Source: Schmidtea polychroa (taxonomy: Eukaryota). Taken from it: DNA of 64,000 bases. A program made the translations under genes and the position numbers. The stretch covers positions 16,554,001 to 16,618,000 of the forward strand of contig CM097886.1 of NCBI GenBank assembly GCA_044892525.1, read 5' to 3'. Below, piece by piece: positions 62,301 to 64,000 of this stretch; position 1 is the stretch's first letter, and every line of letters starts with the position of its first letter. The notes beneath the pieces were generated by a model. The model had not been told where the DNA came from. It saw only the letters and a program-made list of their open reading frames with translations, and made no database searches.

Positions 62301-64000
62301 ATCTTCATTACCTTCCGTTATCTCTAAATATTTTGATTTATTATCAGAAGTGTGGTCTATTAACTTTTCAGAAATGATGCATACATTTGAGGAATAGTCA
62401 ATGGGAAAAGATTTACAACTTTCTTTATTATTTAATGCCAAAGTGGTGGTTTCTGAAACTTCATATTTGACTTCACTTTCTTTAGTAAAACTATCTTTCT
62501 TTCCTTCCGAATCGGATAATATGTCTTTATCTTCCACGATCAAGTTCTCATCCTTCGTGGACATATTATCTATATTTAATGGATAATCTTTTTTACCCGA
62601 CATACGCTCTCTATTTTCATCCAAATTTAACCCTGTAATCTCACCATCTTCAATTTCCTTCTTTATCTCAACAGATTTGGATTTATTATCAAAGGTGTTA
62701 TCCACTAACTTTTCTGAAATAATATCTGCGTTGGATGAATAATCAAAAGGAAAAGATTTACAACTTTCTTTTTTATCTAATGCCAAAGTGGCAATTTCTG
62801 AAACTTCGTATTTAACTTCACTTTCTTTAGTAAAGCTCTCTTTCTTTCCTAAAGGATCAGATATCACGTCTTCATCTTCCATGATTAAATTTTCATCCTT
62901 TGTGGACAGATTACGTATAACTAATGGATCTTCTACTAACTTCCCTAAAATAAGATCTGCGTTGGATGAATAATCAAAAGGAAAAGATTTACAACTTTCC
63001 TTTTTATCTAATGCCAAAGTAGCAATTTCTGAGACTTCATATATCACTTCACCTTCTTTAGTAAAACTTTCTCTCCTTCTTTCCGAATCAGATACTATGT
63101 TTTTATCTTCCACGATCAAGTTTTCATCCTTTGTGGACAGATTATATATAACTAATGGGTATTCTTCATTATAGGGCATACTTTTGCCATTTATATATGA
63201 ATTTAAATTCGTGATTTCACTAACTTTATATTTTGTTTCTTTGTCAACCGGCGTAAAATTATCTATTTCCATAATAATATCGGAGGTCATGTTTGTTTCA
63301 TTTATATAGCATGCGTTTATTATATAATCCTCCGTGGAAGACATGTATTTCTCATTCGGTTGTGATATAATGAAATCAGAAGATTTACTTGGAAGCACTT
63401 GGTTGCTGTCGTAAATCTCAGGAAAAGTCTCTTCGTCCTGTTCAGCATTTAACAGAGTTTTTAAATCATTTTCTAAGTTTTTGTCTTCATTCGTATTTAA
63501 AATTTTCGTTTCATCATCAACCGCGGGAAGATCCTTTTCTTCCAAACTATTGGATATTCTTTTTGCCTTTTCTAAATTGCAGATATCTGAATTAGCAGTA
63601 AAGGACATATATGGTTCATCCGTTTGCGATATAATAACATTGGAAGTTTTAGTCTCTTGAACAAATTTATCTTCTTCTGTACCATGAAAGGTCTCCTCGT
63701 TCTGTTCCACATTTAAAAGAGATTTTAAATAATTTTCTAAGTTTGAATCTTTATTTTTATTGACAACACTTTCTGAAACAGTTGGGTAATTGGTATTGGC
63801 AATATTTAGTTCGCTATTAATATATGAACTTTTTTCCTCTTTTAGTTGATTCACTAACACATTTTGTAAATTTTCTTCTTTAATCTGTTTGCTTGAATCA
63901 TCAATTGTAAAAGGCTCATTCTTCTCTTCAATTTGACGTAAAGTTTCATCAATGATTTGTCCAGCTTTGAATTCAACTTCTTTATTACTGACAGGTAGTT
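59327..64000 (-). CDS. Giant internal exon (>=1557 codons, open past the window edge) of an acidic low-complexity repeat protein
   Basis: No stop from 63998 to the donor ATCG|GTAAGT at 59326. It leaves 1 nt (phase 1), which complements the 2-nt start of the exon at 54658 (G+AG=Glu). Internal protein repeats are present. Confidence 0.8.

Overview
AT-rich animal genomic DNA with ~50-nt introns, (ATT)n/(TA)n microsatellites and hard-masked N tracts. A triclad planarian is plausible, but that is inference. Host genes: the last exon of an innexin (2561-2969,+), a complete two-exon NK3/bagpipe homeobox gene (14329-13484,-), and two phase-compatible giant exons (>64000-59327 and 54658-52254,-) of a >=2358-aa acidic repeat protein with a C-terminal TM helix. 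The centre is a nested mobile structure. An internally deleted Polinton/Maverick (23338-50320; 49-bp AGTAG TIRs; 5/6 6-bp TSD) retains only its protein-primed polB. That polB is split by a very young 21.7-kb LTR element (26964-48668; 5.4-kb LTRs; GCTG TSD; tRNA-Pro-like PBS) in which I found no protease, RT, RNase H or integrase. The element instead carries a decayed IAP-type RING ORF, a Gag with three CCHC knuckles, and an in-line type I membrane glycoprotein of unrecognised family. Three point repairs would join Gag and the membrane protein into one ~1644-aa polyprotein. Each LTR also holds tandem arrays and a stop-interrupted antisense spliced ORF. The rest is hAT MITEs with 8-bp TSDs, a hAT element with an in-frame-deleted transposase, and Tigger, Gypsy, BEL and Penelope relics. 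No rRNA, tRNA or CRISPR array was seen.
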